A stretch of 64,000 nucleotides of DNA, taken from assembly GCF_009914755.1 (NCBI RefSeq), contig NC_060927.1. The stretch is one strand, 5' to 3'. How positions within the stretch are numbered: position 1 is the stretch's first letter; every line of letters starts with the position of its first letter. Below the pieces are notes generated by a model that did no database searches, was not told the origin of the DNA, and worked only from the letters and a program-made list of their open reading frames with translations. The translations under genes were made by a program, and so were the position numbers. Source of the DNA: the human T2T-CHM13v2.0 reference genome, Homo sapiens. This document shows positions 15,323-31,144 of this stretch, one piece after another.

Positions 15323-15942
15323 TTATTATGCCTAGAAGGCTGTCCCTTCTTTTTCATTTTAAAGAACATTTTTCTCTGAATTTATGCAAATTTGAGGAGG
15401 CTAATCCAAGTCATCTCTACAGATAGTTAGGCAAGACAAAATGTTTGATACTGCAAATTTTCTCTTGAAATGTATCAGTCACTTCCACTGTATAAATCAT
15501 GTAATATGTCAGAGGTTTTTGTTTGGATGAAGTAAAGCTAATTGCAGTAAAGATTTGAAGAATGATACTTATCCATCAAAAACAAACAAATATCTTATGT
15601 TTGAGTAATGCTCTACAGTTTAAAAAGTCATTTCACATCTTTTATTACCCTTGCTCCTCACAACAACAGGCAATGTATATCTACTACCATTCTAAGTGCA
15701 TTATCTCTGGATTTTTGGCTTAATTAACTGTTATGAAAAGCCACTTAACTTCATTAGTGAACAGGTTAGTATGTATGACTAATTAAAAGGTACCCATAAT
15801 ATTTTATACTAACATTAAACAAGTAAAAATGTGGCTATTGTTCAGGAGCTCCAAGTTGAATGAGCTCTCAAAGATAACGTTTTCTTTATTATTGTTTCAT
15901 GTTATTCTACCTGCAGGTGACATTTTTGATAAAGCTAAGACA

Positions 15943-16193
15943 AATATATATATAAATATATATTATATTTATATATATAATATATTATATATTTATATAT
16001 AATATATATTTATATAATATATTAAATATATAATATATTCAATATAGACTATATTATATATTAAATATATAAGTATATTAAATATATAATTATATATAAA
16101 TCTATAATATAAATGTATTATATTAAATATATAATATTTAATATATAATTAATTTATATAATATATAAATATATTAAATATATAATATAGATA
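15943..16193. repeat. AT-rich low-complexity (TA)n-derived tract, ~250 bp
   Basis: Almost only A/T, with repeated atatataat/atattaaat units. Confidence 0.9.
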
Positions 16194-18513
16194 TGTGTGG
16201 AGGATGAAAGCACTGATCAGCTGATTGGCCTTGAAGATACTCTCATTTTCTTTAATTTTCATGATTGCCTTCCTGTTAATAATGTGACAGACTCTTTTTT
16301 AGCCCTCCTGAGTTGAATATTTGGGCACACGTGGCAGTATAAGTACAACTCATGATTGAATAGTCTTGTTTGGTTGATTGCTCAGTTATCTGAGAGTGAG
16401 ATCTTGGCTCTCATTTGGATAAAGCAGTAAATGTCTGAGCAGTGTCTGCTAATGTCGGGTCAGTTCACATCAACATTCAGCAAATTTGTTGATTGATTCA
16501 TTTATTCTTAAAATATGTTGAAAGTTTCCTATGCATATGACCCTGTTTAATATTTGTATGAGAATCTAATGGCTTTAGTGTAGATATCATTCTCAATGGG
16601 ATTCGATAGCATTTCGGAAACTGTTGAGCATGGCAGAGTGATAAATTGTGCTTTTGTTTACATGACTAATTGTAAGGGTTTGGAAACACTCCCTTGATGT
16701 ACTAAGAGCAGCTAATGAAGACAGTTAAATAAACAAACCATTATGATGAATCTAGGAGTTCATATAGACATTCTGCTAATTTGCTTCTTGTCCCTTTCCC
16801 AAAGTTTTATGTATATCTTCCCAAGCATAACAACTATTTTACATTTCATGGAGAGCTAGTTTGTTTTTCTTCATAACCTAATGCTCTATTCACTCACTTA
16901 GAATGTCACTGCTCAAACTGGCTTTAGAGATCACGTACTAGCTAGCTAATGCTCTTTACCAATAAGGACACTGAAGCTCCTAGAAGTGAAGTGATAAGCC
17001 TTAGATCGCATTGCTAATTGGTGATGGAGCCAGTCTAGAATCCAGGTCTCCTAATTGTTTCCACTATACTATGATGCTTCCTTTAGAAAGCTAGATGCTG
17101 TATAAAATCTCTTGAAACTAGCTCTGTATTTCACCAATCAATACATACCAACTTGAGACTAGCAAACTTTTTTAGTATGTTCCATAGTTGCTCTCACACT
17201 GTCATTTTGCCTAACAGCAGCTCATATCTACTTGGAGAAAGTATCAAGGATTTTCCTCTGATGAGTTTGGTGGCTGTTTAGTGCCTAGACTACATCATGT
17301 TTAATGGAAAAGTAGATTGAATTTCTGTCTCATTTTCAAGAAATGTGCTGTAAGAGCATGCCAAGCCCAACCCCTTGATAATCTTGTCTAACAGCGTTGG
17401 TGGTGTAATGAATTAGTCTTGCACGAGTCTGCTGCTTCTAGAGGGCTAAGCAGGGGATCAAATCCCCCCTTTGTAGTGAGACAAGCTGCCAGAGAAGTGA
17501 TTGATATTGCAGACAGACTTCAAGGAAGAAATAAGCAGATAAGTGGGGTAATAAGTAGATAATACTACTACTTTGCACTTAGTGTCTTTTATCTGAGCAT
17601 CTGAAGGCAGCTGTATACTTAAACATCAAGGTCCCTTAGTGTAAGGAGACAACGGGGTCTTTCCTTTTATTCTGTGGTCCTCCTCCATAATCAATAAATC
17701 AGCGAAAATGTTTCCAAAGAAAGATCAGCGGTAAAGATTTGTTTTTGCCCTTTCTCTGTGAAGCTAAGTGACCAGGATGTGAAGCAATCGCTCTAAAAGT
17801 TATCTTGATCTTGATGCAATGTTTTGTATGCACTTTCTCCTACAATGTTTGGATCTGAAAAAAGAAACTTCTACTGTACCAAGTAAGGCATTTACTGTAT
17901 TTTTAATCCCTTCCGATTGTGTCAGACTCATTCCTCTGAGTAATTCTCATTCTTGCATTTATTTTACTCCTCAAAAATTTCCCTTGTAAATCTTATTTTC
18001 GGTCAAAGTCCTTAGACAGTAAATCTTTCAGACAGCTTCAGGCCATTGTGGCTCCAAGAAACCATTGTGAAGTAAAGTCGTGTTTAATAAGGTGGATGGA
18101 CCCTGTTAGAGATCTCTCTGAGTATGCTTCCATTAATTTTGTACACATCTTGTTAATTCACACAAAGAGAGTAAGTTGCCAAGCCAAAATTGTTTCCTTT
18201 TAGCAGACCATGACTCAAAATTCAGAAGCTGATTCCTAGGAGAGTTAAAGAACAATAGTGGCTGCCACATTATTTTTTTAGGTAACTTTGCTCTTTAACA
18301 TAGACTAGAATAATTTTCTAGTCATTAAATCACCAAATATAAATACCCAGTGACCTTACAAATATTGTTTAATCATCCTCTCCATCAATGGCTTTTTTTT
18401 TCTAGTTTATGTCATGTGAGGGTATTTGTTAAATCATAGAAAACTTTGAGATCATGAAGGTCATCAGATCTAACCACCCATGCTGTCTCTGGCCTTTCAC
18501 TCCATCATTATAA

Positions 18514-18890
<377 letters not shown>

Positions 18891-19604
18891 GTATTCTGTC
18901 TTTTGAAGATCAGAAAATATTGCTGAATATGAAACAAAAACAAAAACAAAAAAACCAAGTTCTTAGCTTCATATTTATAGTTTGTCTAAAGAAAAAATTG
19001 CTTTCTTCCAACGAACTGCATTTCCTGTAGAACACAAATTTTATACTTGGAAGAATTATGTGTAGCGATTTTGCAACCATCTTTCCTTATGACCAAATAC
19101 TTTTGTGAGCTGAGAAGTCTCAGGTTGACATAATTAAAGATAAAATGTGACAGGAATTGTATGTGCACCTGTGTTTGAAGGGGGCCTTGCAGTAAGTAGA
19201 ACATAAAGATATATGCATCGCTGTTTTGGTCATCTCAATATAGTATTGACTATAATCTCATATTTTTCCCACTTTATAATTTATAAACATTTCAACTCAT
19301 TTGACAACCCTTACAGTTACCTGTAAATGAGATGATGTAGGTGTTGTTATCCCTATTTAATAATTGTAAAAATAGAGTTTCCAATTTTCCCCACTGCTAC
19401 CAACCTAGAAAGTATCAGAACCCAGACCTTTTGACTCCCGGCCAAGTATGAAGTGCTTTCAAATAGGGCATCAGATACAGCAAATCATCTGTTACTATGA
19501 AGTACTGTACAAAATGTTAGTACTGTTATTGAATATATTCTCAAGACTTAGGTACGCGGTTGGCCATTGAGGTACAAATCTTTTCCCATAGAAAGGAAAT
19601 TGAC

Positions 19605-19928
<324 letters not shown>

Positions 19929-20676
19929 TTGACTTGTAAACTACATATAAAGAAGTCATTTGCTGTTACTGAGTCCACTGTGTTAACTTGTTTACATCTT
20001 CAAACTCATTCTGCCTCAAGTCAGTCTTATTTTCTTTTCTTCACCCCAAACCTAGAGGATTCTGCCTTCTTGCTGGGTTCTAGGTTCTACCCTTTCAGTA
20101 TAAGATGAAAACCACCTTCCACACAGCTACCTAGATCGTAATATGCCATGTTTTCTCTCTCCTTGTTTTCACTTAGTTTTGTCTTTCTATTTGATTGCGG
20201 GTGCTCTTTGGATCGAGTTTTTTGTAAAGTACCTTCTAATATACTTGGGCAACTATTATACTTCTCTGAATGTTGTAAGCATCTTATCCTCATTTCTTTT
20301 TACTGATATCTAACCTTCTATCTCTCTTTAATTCACACATTTTTAAGTATCTTTTTTAAGGCCCAAACATAGAAGTGAAAACTTTTCACAGAGAGAAACA
20401 GAGGTTACCTTTTACTATTACCTTAGTATGTTTATTGGAAACCTGTAATAGTCACCAACATTTAACTGAATTTAAAGCAGAAATTGAGGCAGCTGAATGG
20501 GATGATTGAGATAAAGTTTTGGTACCCTAGTAATATAAGCCTTGGGCCACAAACAAAAATATACTTAGTTCTCATAGTTAAATGTAATGAGTAATGTAAT
20601 TATTTCAAATATTGGATGCAATACTAAGAATGAGGAGAGAAGGAGAGCCACTTGACACTTACAAAATAGTTGCAAA

Positions 20677-20774
20677 TTTGGGAGGCTGAGACAGAAGGAC
20701 TGCTTAGCCCAGGAGGTTCAGATTAGCCTAGGCAACATAGCAAGACCCTGTCTCTGTAATTTAACAAAATATAA
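20677..20774 (+). mobile_element. 5'-truncated Alu left monomer (FLAM-like)
   Basis: tttgggaggctgag...agcctaggcaacatagcaagaccctgtctc flanked by perfect 14-bp direct repeat AAAATAGTTGCAAA (20663-20676, 20775-20788). Confidence 0.8.
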
Positions 20775-21853
20775 AAAATAGTTGCAAAACATTGGGACAC
20801 TTATTTTCAATCTTTGGATTTCATATTGTCTTTCTCTAAAATAAAAACGTGTGGTTATATGATTTCTAAAGTCTCTTGATGTAATATTCTTTAGTTTTAT
20901 TTTTATCATTGCTTGCAATTACTGCTCATATTATCATTACAATAAGCCCGACATTCGTTTTCATCCCTTATCTTTGGAACACCGTGTTTCCCTCCAGAGA
21001 CGGAGACAGAGCGCTTCCTCCTTTCTCTTCCTGTCTTGCTGGGGCCTAAGAAGAGAAAGGGGCACTATCTTTATGGGTGAATACATGTATAGCCCTAGGA
21101 AATAATGAAAAAAGGATTTAGGAGTGGATGCTTAACTGATTGCTTTCTATTAAAGGCTCACAATCCTACAGAAGAGTAGCAATGAAGAAATGGATCTTTA
21201 TGTTTGAATTCCTAAATTTATCCTGAAAACAAAAGCCAGCCCCTGCTGGGTTAGAGTCCTCCAAAGCTAGGGATCTGTTAGGAGCACTGGTTTTGCCTTA
21301 CAGACCTAAATGTAAATGTTAGTCTCAGATGGGCAGAGAGTTGAACTCTCTAATTAGCCCTGCAGGTCAGTCTTGAAAGAAACAAGAGTGTAGCATCCAG
21401 CAATTTAAAAAGGCATCCTGTGCAATTGTTTGCTGAGGGTCAGAGGGTAAATGCTGTTGTGACAGTTGGGTGGACTTGGCACACTTCTCTACGCAGGATA
21501 AGAGAGAGAAGAGAGGTTGATGTTGATCTTTGGTGATAGCAATAGCAGAAGACAGTTCCCAAAATTCTAGGGTCTTTTAAATGTCCTTTCAGTTCACATG
21601 AAAGGCTTCCGTTTGCAATCCAAGGAATTGAAATATCAAGTCATAGGAAATAAGAGGCCTATACCTTTTCTTCAGGGAAGTTAAATCATAAACCTTTCTG
21701 GAAGCTTAAAGCTGAAGTATATTTCTCATATTTACTTCAAGTATGAGAAAGATACAGATAATTCAAGTCCACCACAGTCTTATTCCAACATGTCTTTCCT
21801 ACTCTATCTTCCATCTCATGTCATTCCAGGCTCACCTAACTCACCCTGTTATT

Positions 21854-22162
<309 letters not shown>

Positions 22163-22499
22163 TCACCCTGTTATTCTGAATGCATAATTTCATGTCTCTG
22201 TCTTTTGTCCTATGCTGTTTCTTAATTAGATTCCTAAATGTCGATTTCCTCTTCCTCTTCTATTTCCTTTTTACCTTAAGGATTCAACTCCTTATCTCTT
22301 CATGAAGAATTAATCACTCCTTTCTCTCTGTTCCCATAGAACTATGTCTGTAACTTTACACTTACTTAGTCTTCACTTTAGTTACTATTTCACATGTATT
22401 TCACCCGACTTTGTAAACATATTTTTTTTTTTTCTTTTAAGTGTATGTCTCCTATACTAGATGAGGAAGTCTTTGGACAGATGCTGAGTCTTCTTCTTC

Positions 22500-22832
<333 letters not shown>

Positions 22833-24309
22833 GAGTCTTATTCTTCTTTAGGTCTTATTGCAGGATAATGTACAATAAAGCATTCAGTTAGTGTTTGAAA
22901 GGAAATGTGTTTGTCTACAGGTGTATGTGGGAGAAATAAAATGGCCTCTAACTGATGGCCTCTAACACACTTCTAGTATTAACATACACTGAATGGGTCT
23001 ATAGTTTGATGTATCAATAAAATCAAATCAACTAATTTTTAATCAGCTATTATTTACTTTAGCCTTCATTTTTTATTGTCTTGATTCCCTGTAAGAGGAT
23101 GAAAAACTCAAATGTGACAATCTTTCCTATTATGTGAACCAGTAAACATTTTTGACCTTTTCCATTCTAGAGTCATAATGGAATCGAAAGTAGAACTTGT
23201 CTGATGGGTGAGGATTGTGCATGAGTTTTAATTTGCTTAAGTAGTCTTCTAGCTATTGATCATGACCAAGAACTTATTATTGTTGCTAAATAGGAATTGT
23301 AAGAATGTGGATATTTTGAGGAATGAGTTAGGAGAAAAGAAGCTGAATATATCTTTTAAAGAGATGCTTAGACTGAAGTATCAGTTCCCTTTTTTGTCCA
23401 CAATCTTATAGATCTGGTCACACCACTTACGTTGTTATCAACTCGGCCCTTTAACTTTGTAGCTTAAATCCCTTACCCCATAGAGAAACTATCACAAAAC
23501 CTCGTGAATCAAAGAAATACTTAAAGAAGAGAATGTAAGTAAATGATTAAGATCGGTATAATATTACCATTTCATTCACTTAGCAACCAAGTTACAAATA
23601 ATTCCTTAGCTTTATTTTTTATTTTGCTGAAGCCAGCTTTCCCATAGCTCGTGTGTGTGTGTGTCTTTATATGACTTATAATGAAGCCTGACTTTGCTAT
23701 GCATTTCTTTTTGTGATTTAAATACAACACTCATACTGAATCCGTTTGAAGAAATGATTTCATCATTATCAGGAGGCTACAGTCTATAGTTTCCCTTTAC
23801 TTTTAAGCAACATATATATTAACACTAAAGTAGCTTTCAATCTTTGCTGGAAATTACCTATATTTTTAAAATGCATCACTCCTCGAGTATTTTTTAATCC
23901 CTTTGTGACATTATTACAAAATCGTCTAGTTCATGATCAATGCAGATAATGTTTTCTTACAAAATCAAACCAGCAGCCTCCATAGGCCAGAAGATCTGGC
24001 TTAACCACCCGGGTCACAGAGGCACACCTACTTGGTTGCACCACTTTTTAATCAACTTGTGAATCAGGCTTGGGAAGGTGGAGTTAAGTTAGTTCATTGT
24101 GTCTGTAACAGTAGGAAGCTCAGAAGACCAACATGTAGGGAAAAAAGCTGCAAAGAAAATCCATGGGAGCCATTTGTGTCCACAGGACCTCTCAATTTCC
24201 CTTGCAGAGCATGCAAATAAAAAAGGTGATTTGCTCTGATATGGAATTCCTGCACAATGTTCAGGCATGCGTGCAAGACAGTAATCTCTTCTGTGACAGA
24301 GTAACCTGT

Positions 24310-24480
24310 GTAGCACAGGGGAGCATGAAGTTTGGAGCCAGCAAACCTGAGTTCCAAGCTCCAGCCTTAAGTATAGTTTATTGTATGAACTTGAGTATGA
24401 CGTTTAACCCCTCTAGAGCCTCATTTCCTTATCTGAGAATCAAGGACAATAAGACGCTGCCAACTTCACAGACTTATTAT
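24310..24480 (+). mobile_element. MIR fragment
   Basis: tttggagccagcaaacctgagttccaagctccagc...tttaacccctctagagcctcatttccttatctg. Confidence 0.6.
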
Positions 24481-27400
24481 ATGGATCAAACCGGAACAGA
24501 CATCTCCCAAGCAGAATGTGAATGCTTACTCTGCATACTTTCCAAGCTGCAGGAAATATAGAACTAAATTGGGCATCGCCCTTGCTCTCAAGCTTCTATT
24601 TCAGTGTGGGATTCATGAAAACATAACTAAAAGGCAATAAGATCAGATCAACAGTAATATAGGTATCCCAAGAATTGAGTAAAATGTTAACGGAGAGAGC
24701 AACTGACTGCCTAGAAAAGACAAGAAATTACAAAAAAAAGCAAGAAGACAGATCCTAGCAAGCACAAGCTAAGTACATAGAAGACACTCAACCAGTGTGG
24801 AGTAAAATGGAAGTAGCAGTTATGTGGGTGTTAATGTGTTTGAGTTTGCCTGTTGGAGATAACAGAGGAACTAGGGTCTACAGAGCTGCCAAATTGTGAA
24901 ATATAAGAGATGTATGCTTTGTAAGCTGCAATGCAGGATACATATCCTTAAGCTCTTATTACCCAGCCCCAAATCACTGTACCCTTCTTTGCCCACCAAT
25001 AAGACTTTTCCAAAAGAAGTACTCAAGTTAGATCATCCTAGACAGAAATGTAGAATACTTTAAAGCTAGAACTGATCATTAGGTTCTTATCAAAATATTT
25101 TCTTGCACTCTTGAAGTTGGATTTGGTTTTTCACTTTGGAAAACAGTTTCCTCCATAGATTACTTATAGGCCCCTGTTTCCTAATTCTATGTACACTTCA
25201 CTCTCTCCTGTACTCAGGGTCACTGGGACAAAAATGACACAAGGAAGACACTTGTTTTTATGTCTTTATTATTGTTTTGGACCAAGATCTCCTACACCCC
25301 ACACTTAGAGTGAGTGGAAATTGTTTTCAGAGACAGGTGCTTTTTCTCCCATGGCTTAGTGTCACAGAAGGAAGATGACACCAGCCTGGTGACATTTGTG
25401 CCTGGGAGAGCTGCCAGTCCATGCTGCTTCCCCAGTTTTAAGAAACACTATGGTTTGTCATACCTAAATTACTTCCACCTCTCTGCTGGCGGTGACAGTG
25501 ATGTCAGTTATCCTGGGTCCAGCTAAGGTTTCAGTCTGTGTGTTTTCCGGATCATGTTGATTCTCTTCTTCTTCTTAAAATGCAATTTTTCTCATTTTGT
25601 GTTTGTGGTAAGGGCTATTTTCTGCCAAAACAGACATTATCAAAGCAGTTGCATAGTGAGTGACTGGTGTCCTTTATAAGCGTAGAGAAAATCCGAGAAC
25701 ATCAGGCCCAGAAAGGACTTTAGAAATCCCACGGGATTTGGCCAACTCTTTGTCGTACTTGCAAGAGGCTGAGAAACAGACAGACTAGATAGCTATGTCA
25801 AGGCCTTGTAGCAAGTCACAGCATGAGAAAAGTGGAACTTTAAAAAATATAGATAGCTACAGATACCACATTTACATATACCATTTCTGTATACTTAGGA
25901 TTTAAGGGTAATGTAATCCTGAACAGTGTAGCAGAGAGGATTAGTGAAAACGGGGTTCTTGGAGTGACTTATCCACCCTCGTGGTTCATGATGCAAAGGT
26001 GGTGTGCATACTGGATGGGAGATTCACAGGTGGGATTATCCACGGATTCCTGATGTCACAAACCTGTGACTTCTCCTATTTTCTAAAACTGAACTGTGGC
26101 TACTAGCGGACACATATGCTATAACTAAAGGTGCAGACCGGCAGCAATTAAAACCAGAGACGGACGCTAGAACTCTCTAAGAGCAAAATGCAATCCCCGC
26201 CCCACCTGGAGTTCATCTAGGATTCCAAAGTAAATACACCTCCTTTCTGTTTTGCCTAGGGATTTTTTTTTTTTCCTGGAAAGGGTGGAGAAGATTTACG
26301 TAAGAAAGCTGAGTTGCCTCAAAATACAGCCTCCAGAAAGAATGAGGCATCTCCTGCCCAACCTATTATTCCTGCTGAGGAGAGAGAAATTGAGGAACTA
26401 AAAGTGAAGCCTAAAATTGCCAGGGCTGAAATCTTGGTAGAAATCAACTAGTCTATAAAATTAGCTGCCTCACTGGCCCTTTAGGGTGGAAATACCATAA
26501 GGAGCAGACATCTGATGTAAAGTTGAGAGGGAAGTTGTCTGTCTTCATCAATAGTAAATCAAATCTAGGTTAAATAGACAAATGCCATCTCCAAGGAGAG
26601 TAGGATCACAATTATATAGGATGCCGAATATATAATGACACTAAATCCAGTTAACAGGTTGAAAACCTGAGGCATGGGCAGGGGAAGTGTCTTGCTTCAA
26701 GTAATGTAATGAATTTACTGGCAGATGCAGAACTTAACCCAAAATTCATGACTCTTAGAACAGTGCCCTTTCATGCATGATCCTGAAATGCAAGAGGGGT
26801 TTCATTTTTATGGTTTCAAGGTAGAATGAATTATGAAAATCTGGGCTTGTATTATAATATATCCCAGTGTGGAATCAGAAGGAAAAGTGATGTGTTATGC
26901 AGTGAACTTGAGTGAATACTTATTCATTATCCATTCAGCAGAAGAGACTAACTCAAAATCAAAGAGGTGAAACCCGAAGCCCAGGTTTCCTGATGTTGAT
27001 TCCAGAGTTCTTTCCACTATTCCTTGCTGGCAGTTGACTGCGTCTATGACCATTTGCCATGGTGGCAGCTGTATGGAGGATATGGCAGTAAGTAGGGGGG
27101 CCAGGGACTGGAATATATAGTTTTAATCCGGCTATTCAAACATAAGACAATACAGTGCTTTAAAAAATAAGAATTTATAGGAGATATTTAGTAGCCATCT
27201 TCAGAAATACATATATTGATAAATACAACAATAAAAGATACTGAAATTTATTTGGAATCTATCATAAACTAAATAGTGCCATAGGGCTGATTAGGGAAGT
27301 TAAATATTATAATGTAAGGTGATATTTTACCTTTTAGAGATGAAAGTTCAAAGAAACTAAACACATCACTATTCAAACACAATTTAGTTTGATTTAAGAC

Positions 27401-30039
27401 CTTCTCTTTCCAAAGTAGACCAGTCAATGGGAGTACAGATGAATATGTTTATTTTAATGAATAACGTATAATAGCAATAGGAGGAACTTAATTTTGTTGA
27501 TGAGTTTTTACTCTAAGAAATTTTAAAAAATATTTTAAATAATAGTAGCTGCTAGTGCTTGTACTAGTGTTGTAGTAAGGTGAGCTCTGTAATGCATTGT
27601 TGGCCTAAACATAAACAGGTATACTGTTTGGAAATTAATGTATCTATCAGGCTTTAAAATATTTTTGTCTTTTAATTGAATAATTTGCTTATATGATAGT
27701 GTATTTTAATAAATAGTGTAATAATTTTTGCTGTATGATTATAGCGGTAAAGAAAAATCGAAGCAAATTGAATTCTCAACTAATTGGAAATAGCTAAATT
27801 AATTCAATAACTATGTAGCAGTTTAATTTTTTTAATTTTAAAATTTAACATAATGCATTCAATGAACTGAGAACGTACTCATTTTAGCAGATTAATTTCA
27901 AAAAGTAGGTATATGCATCTGTATACACAGATACATATGTACATACTTAACAAAATATATCTTTGGTATTTAGTATGTGTACACCTGGTAAAACACATAC
28001 TTGTGTGTAATATGTATCTCTGGAAGAGAATAAACCAAAATGCTAATGGTGTCTACGTGTAGTTTCTAGGATAAATGACTGCAATTTATTCCATACATTG
28101 TGTATTTTCTATATTTTCAACAACATATTTGTAATCTAAACAAATACATGTATTTTTAAAAATCCTAAAGAAGTGAGTTTTGTATAATAAAATAATTAGA
28201 GTTTTTATTTTAATGTATATAATACTAAAAAGGAAAGCAATTTGGAAATACTTGATGAATATGTTAAAGGTTTAAACCTTTATTAATGAAGACACTACTC
28301 CCTCAACAGAGCAGGGATTGGGAGTAAGGCAAAATATATTAATAGATCATTTAAAGGAGAAAGGCAGAGGGCTAATGAACATATTGAAACACATGTAATA
28401 TCACTAGCACTAAAGGGAATTAATATCAAAATGAAATATTTTTTTCATTTATAAAGTTGGAAAAGATAATCCTCTCAGTGCTGTAGTAGTTAGCCTCATT
28501 CAAATGTAATTTGGTGCAGTCTTTTTGGAAAATAACTTGATATTATATCCATGAAGTGACTTAAATCCATAACATTTGACCCAGTACTTTTAGTTGTAGG
28601 AGTACTTAACAGGGGAAAATACTCAAAATATAATGATAACTAAAAAAAAATTATATTGCATATGATCTCAATCTTGTTTATATACATAAACACGGGAGGA
28701 AGACCATAGAAACTTTTAATGTAATTCTGAGAGTTGCGCTTATAGTTGACTTTCATTTTTTATTTGTATTTTACTTTTTTCTTCTAAATTTCGCACTATT
28801 TTTGTAACCTAAAATTTTTAAATCCATAATACAAAACAATATGAGGAGAGATTATCTTATCTCTGTACATTTGTATATCTATTTACTTGAACTGTAAGTA
28901 AGGCACTATCTAAATCCAGGTAAGTGGTAAAATACTGTTATTACAATCATAGCATGGGCTATATGGTAAATGAACTGTAGGACATACATGACATTGAAGA
29001 AGGATAAATACAGGAGTAGGGGGAAAAGTAAATATTAAGATGTAATTAAACAATGAAGCAGTGTTTGTAGATTCCAGTCTCAAAATACACAGATTCGGAT
29101 CTCAATTCCAATGTTTAATATCTATCTGCATTTCAGTGTCTTCATCTGTGCAATAACAATGAACATAGTATCTAAGGCATAATTTTGTGAGTATTAAATG
29201 AGTTTGTTATATGTAAAGTGCTTTGAGTACCTTAACCTTAAAAAGTGCAGAATCTAAATTCTGTCTACCATTTTATCTTTTACTTGAACATGTATACAAA
29301 TAAAAAATTAAATCTAGAATACAACTGTAAGATTTACGACAGAACTCGTCTCCCTTTCTATGCCTATGAGACTTACCCATTTTTCAGAACTTAGCTGGTC
29401 ACCCTAAAATGGGTGAGATCTAATATCTTGCTTTGGAACTTAGCCTCAGACTAAAAATTGATTTGTTGAACTAATTCAGTGGCCTTCAGTAGCTTCCTCA
29501 AATGCTAATTCTTATCACCTATCTGAGGCAGGAGAGGAAGGTAAACACTTAATTCATGCAATATTAGAACTTTAAAAGTTACTCAGTGTGTTCTGTTGAT
29601 CATCCTTCAACTTAATGGTAGCTGATACCAAAAAGATCTCATTGGTTTTGTTCTGCAGCAGCCTGGAAAGCCCCAACATTTCTTAGCTTTCACGCATGTT
29701 CTAAAAACCCCAACCTTTTTTGACTATTACAGGTTTTTCATGCTGACAACTGTCCCTTTTCACAAATAATTATCAAGGGCTTGAGATACGGAGCTTGAAT
29801 TGAAAGCGATATTTTTTCTCTCTTCTATTTTAGATACTATACTTTGATTTTTACAAGATCAAAAGGCATCTCTCTGTAAAATCTCTCTGTAAAAAGGCAT
29901 CTCTCTGTGTCCGTCTCATAATAAATGCTTTGGGTAAATACTCTTCTAATTCTAGTTCTTTCTTATAGAATTATAGAACTGTTTAATTGAGCTGATACTC
30001 ACCGAGCTTTTGGAGTACTAAATGTGACATGATGAACAT

Positions 30040-30500
30040 AAATGTATTCTGACTTCAAAAACTTCACAATCTTGTTGAGGAGAGCGTTAAGTATACAACT
30101 TTTTGCATTGAAAGATAGAATTTTATTACTGCTTTTATTTATATTCATATAAAATAAGAGAAGGTTTAACTTCAACTAGGGTTTAGAGAAATTCTCACAT
30201 CGGTAGGCTTTAAAGAATCTAAAAGTATTTGAATATATCGGGAAAGCAAATGAAGGCATTCTAAACTGAGGGACCGGAATGAACAGAAGGACAAAAATAG
30301 CCAGCTGGGGTCCACATTTGCTAAGCAAAGTGGATTATAAGGAAAGTGAAGCTGAAATGGTAGTTTGGGGCCAGATTTTAAAGGGCCTTGAATGCCATTC
30401 TAAGTAATTTATCTGGTCCTGTTGGCACTGGGACACCCTGAGGAGTGACATGATCAGAGTTGCACTTTAGGAAAGATGAAGTTATATAGTGAGGGAGCTC
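30040..30500 (-). mobile_element. L2 LINE fragment
   Basis: Old L2-like text ggggccagattttaaagggccttgaatgcc...gagtgacatgatcaga; boundaries approximate. Confidence 0.55.
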
Positions 30501-30599
30501 TAGCAGGGAGGAAAGAAAGTGGAGACATTGCTGTATGTTCCTTTTTTGCCCTCATTCAGCATTCAGGTAGATTTGTTATTAAAACATAGAAGGATTGAT

Positions 30600-30730
30600 T
30601 GTCAGCCCCTGTACCTGCTAGTTCTGTATTCATGGACTCAAACAACCATGGATCATAAATATTCAGGGAAAAAATTAAAAATAAAAATACAACAAACCAA
30701 AAAAATCCAGTATAACTATTTAACTTTTTC
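30600..30730. mobile_element. TcMar-Tigger (MER2/Tigger3-like) terminal fragment
   Basis: gtcagcccctgtacc...ggactcaaacaaccatggatcataaatattcagggaaaaaa resembles a Tigger terminus. Confidence 0.5.
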
Positions 30731-31107
30731 ACATAGGGATGTCAAATGGAGCCATTGACATCGGTATTTTATGAAAATGGCATTTCAAATCTGAGAAAAA
30801 TATATATTATTCGATAAATAATAAAGATCAGTTTTCGATTGATGAAAGTGGATTTTCCTTTGTTTTTCATACAGACATACATTCTGGAAAGTTAAAAGAC
30901 TTGCATGTGAAAACATTCAAAAATCCTAATATTGTAATATGGTTGCAAAATTTTACATTGGGCTGGGAAAGGCCTTTCACGCTGTGTCTGAAACACAGTA
31001 AGTCATAAAACAAAAAAGGATAAGTTGACTATGGAAAAATTAGAATTTTCCTACACCAAAAAGCAAACCATAATACTGTATGCAAATTTGAAAGACCAGA
31101 CATACCT

Positions 31108-31109
<2 letters not shown>

Positions 31110-31142
<33 letters not shown>
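31110..31142. repeat. (CA)n microsatellite
   Basis: About 15 perfect CA units. Confidence 0.95.

Positions 31143-31144
<2 letters not shown>

Noticed and set aside
29861-29908. Short reiteration of (aaaaggc)atctctctgt
   Set aside because: Ordinary slippage microduplication, like those at about 22941, 45361 and 57296
27700-31100. Possible ancient L1M fragments
   Set aside because: A-rich and suggestive, but too degenerate to assign or delimit by eye
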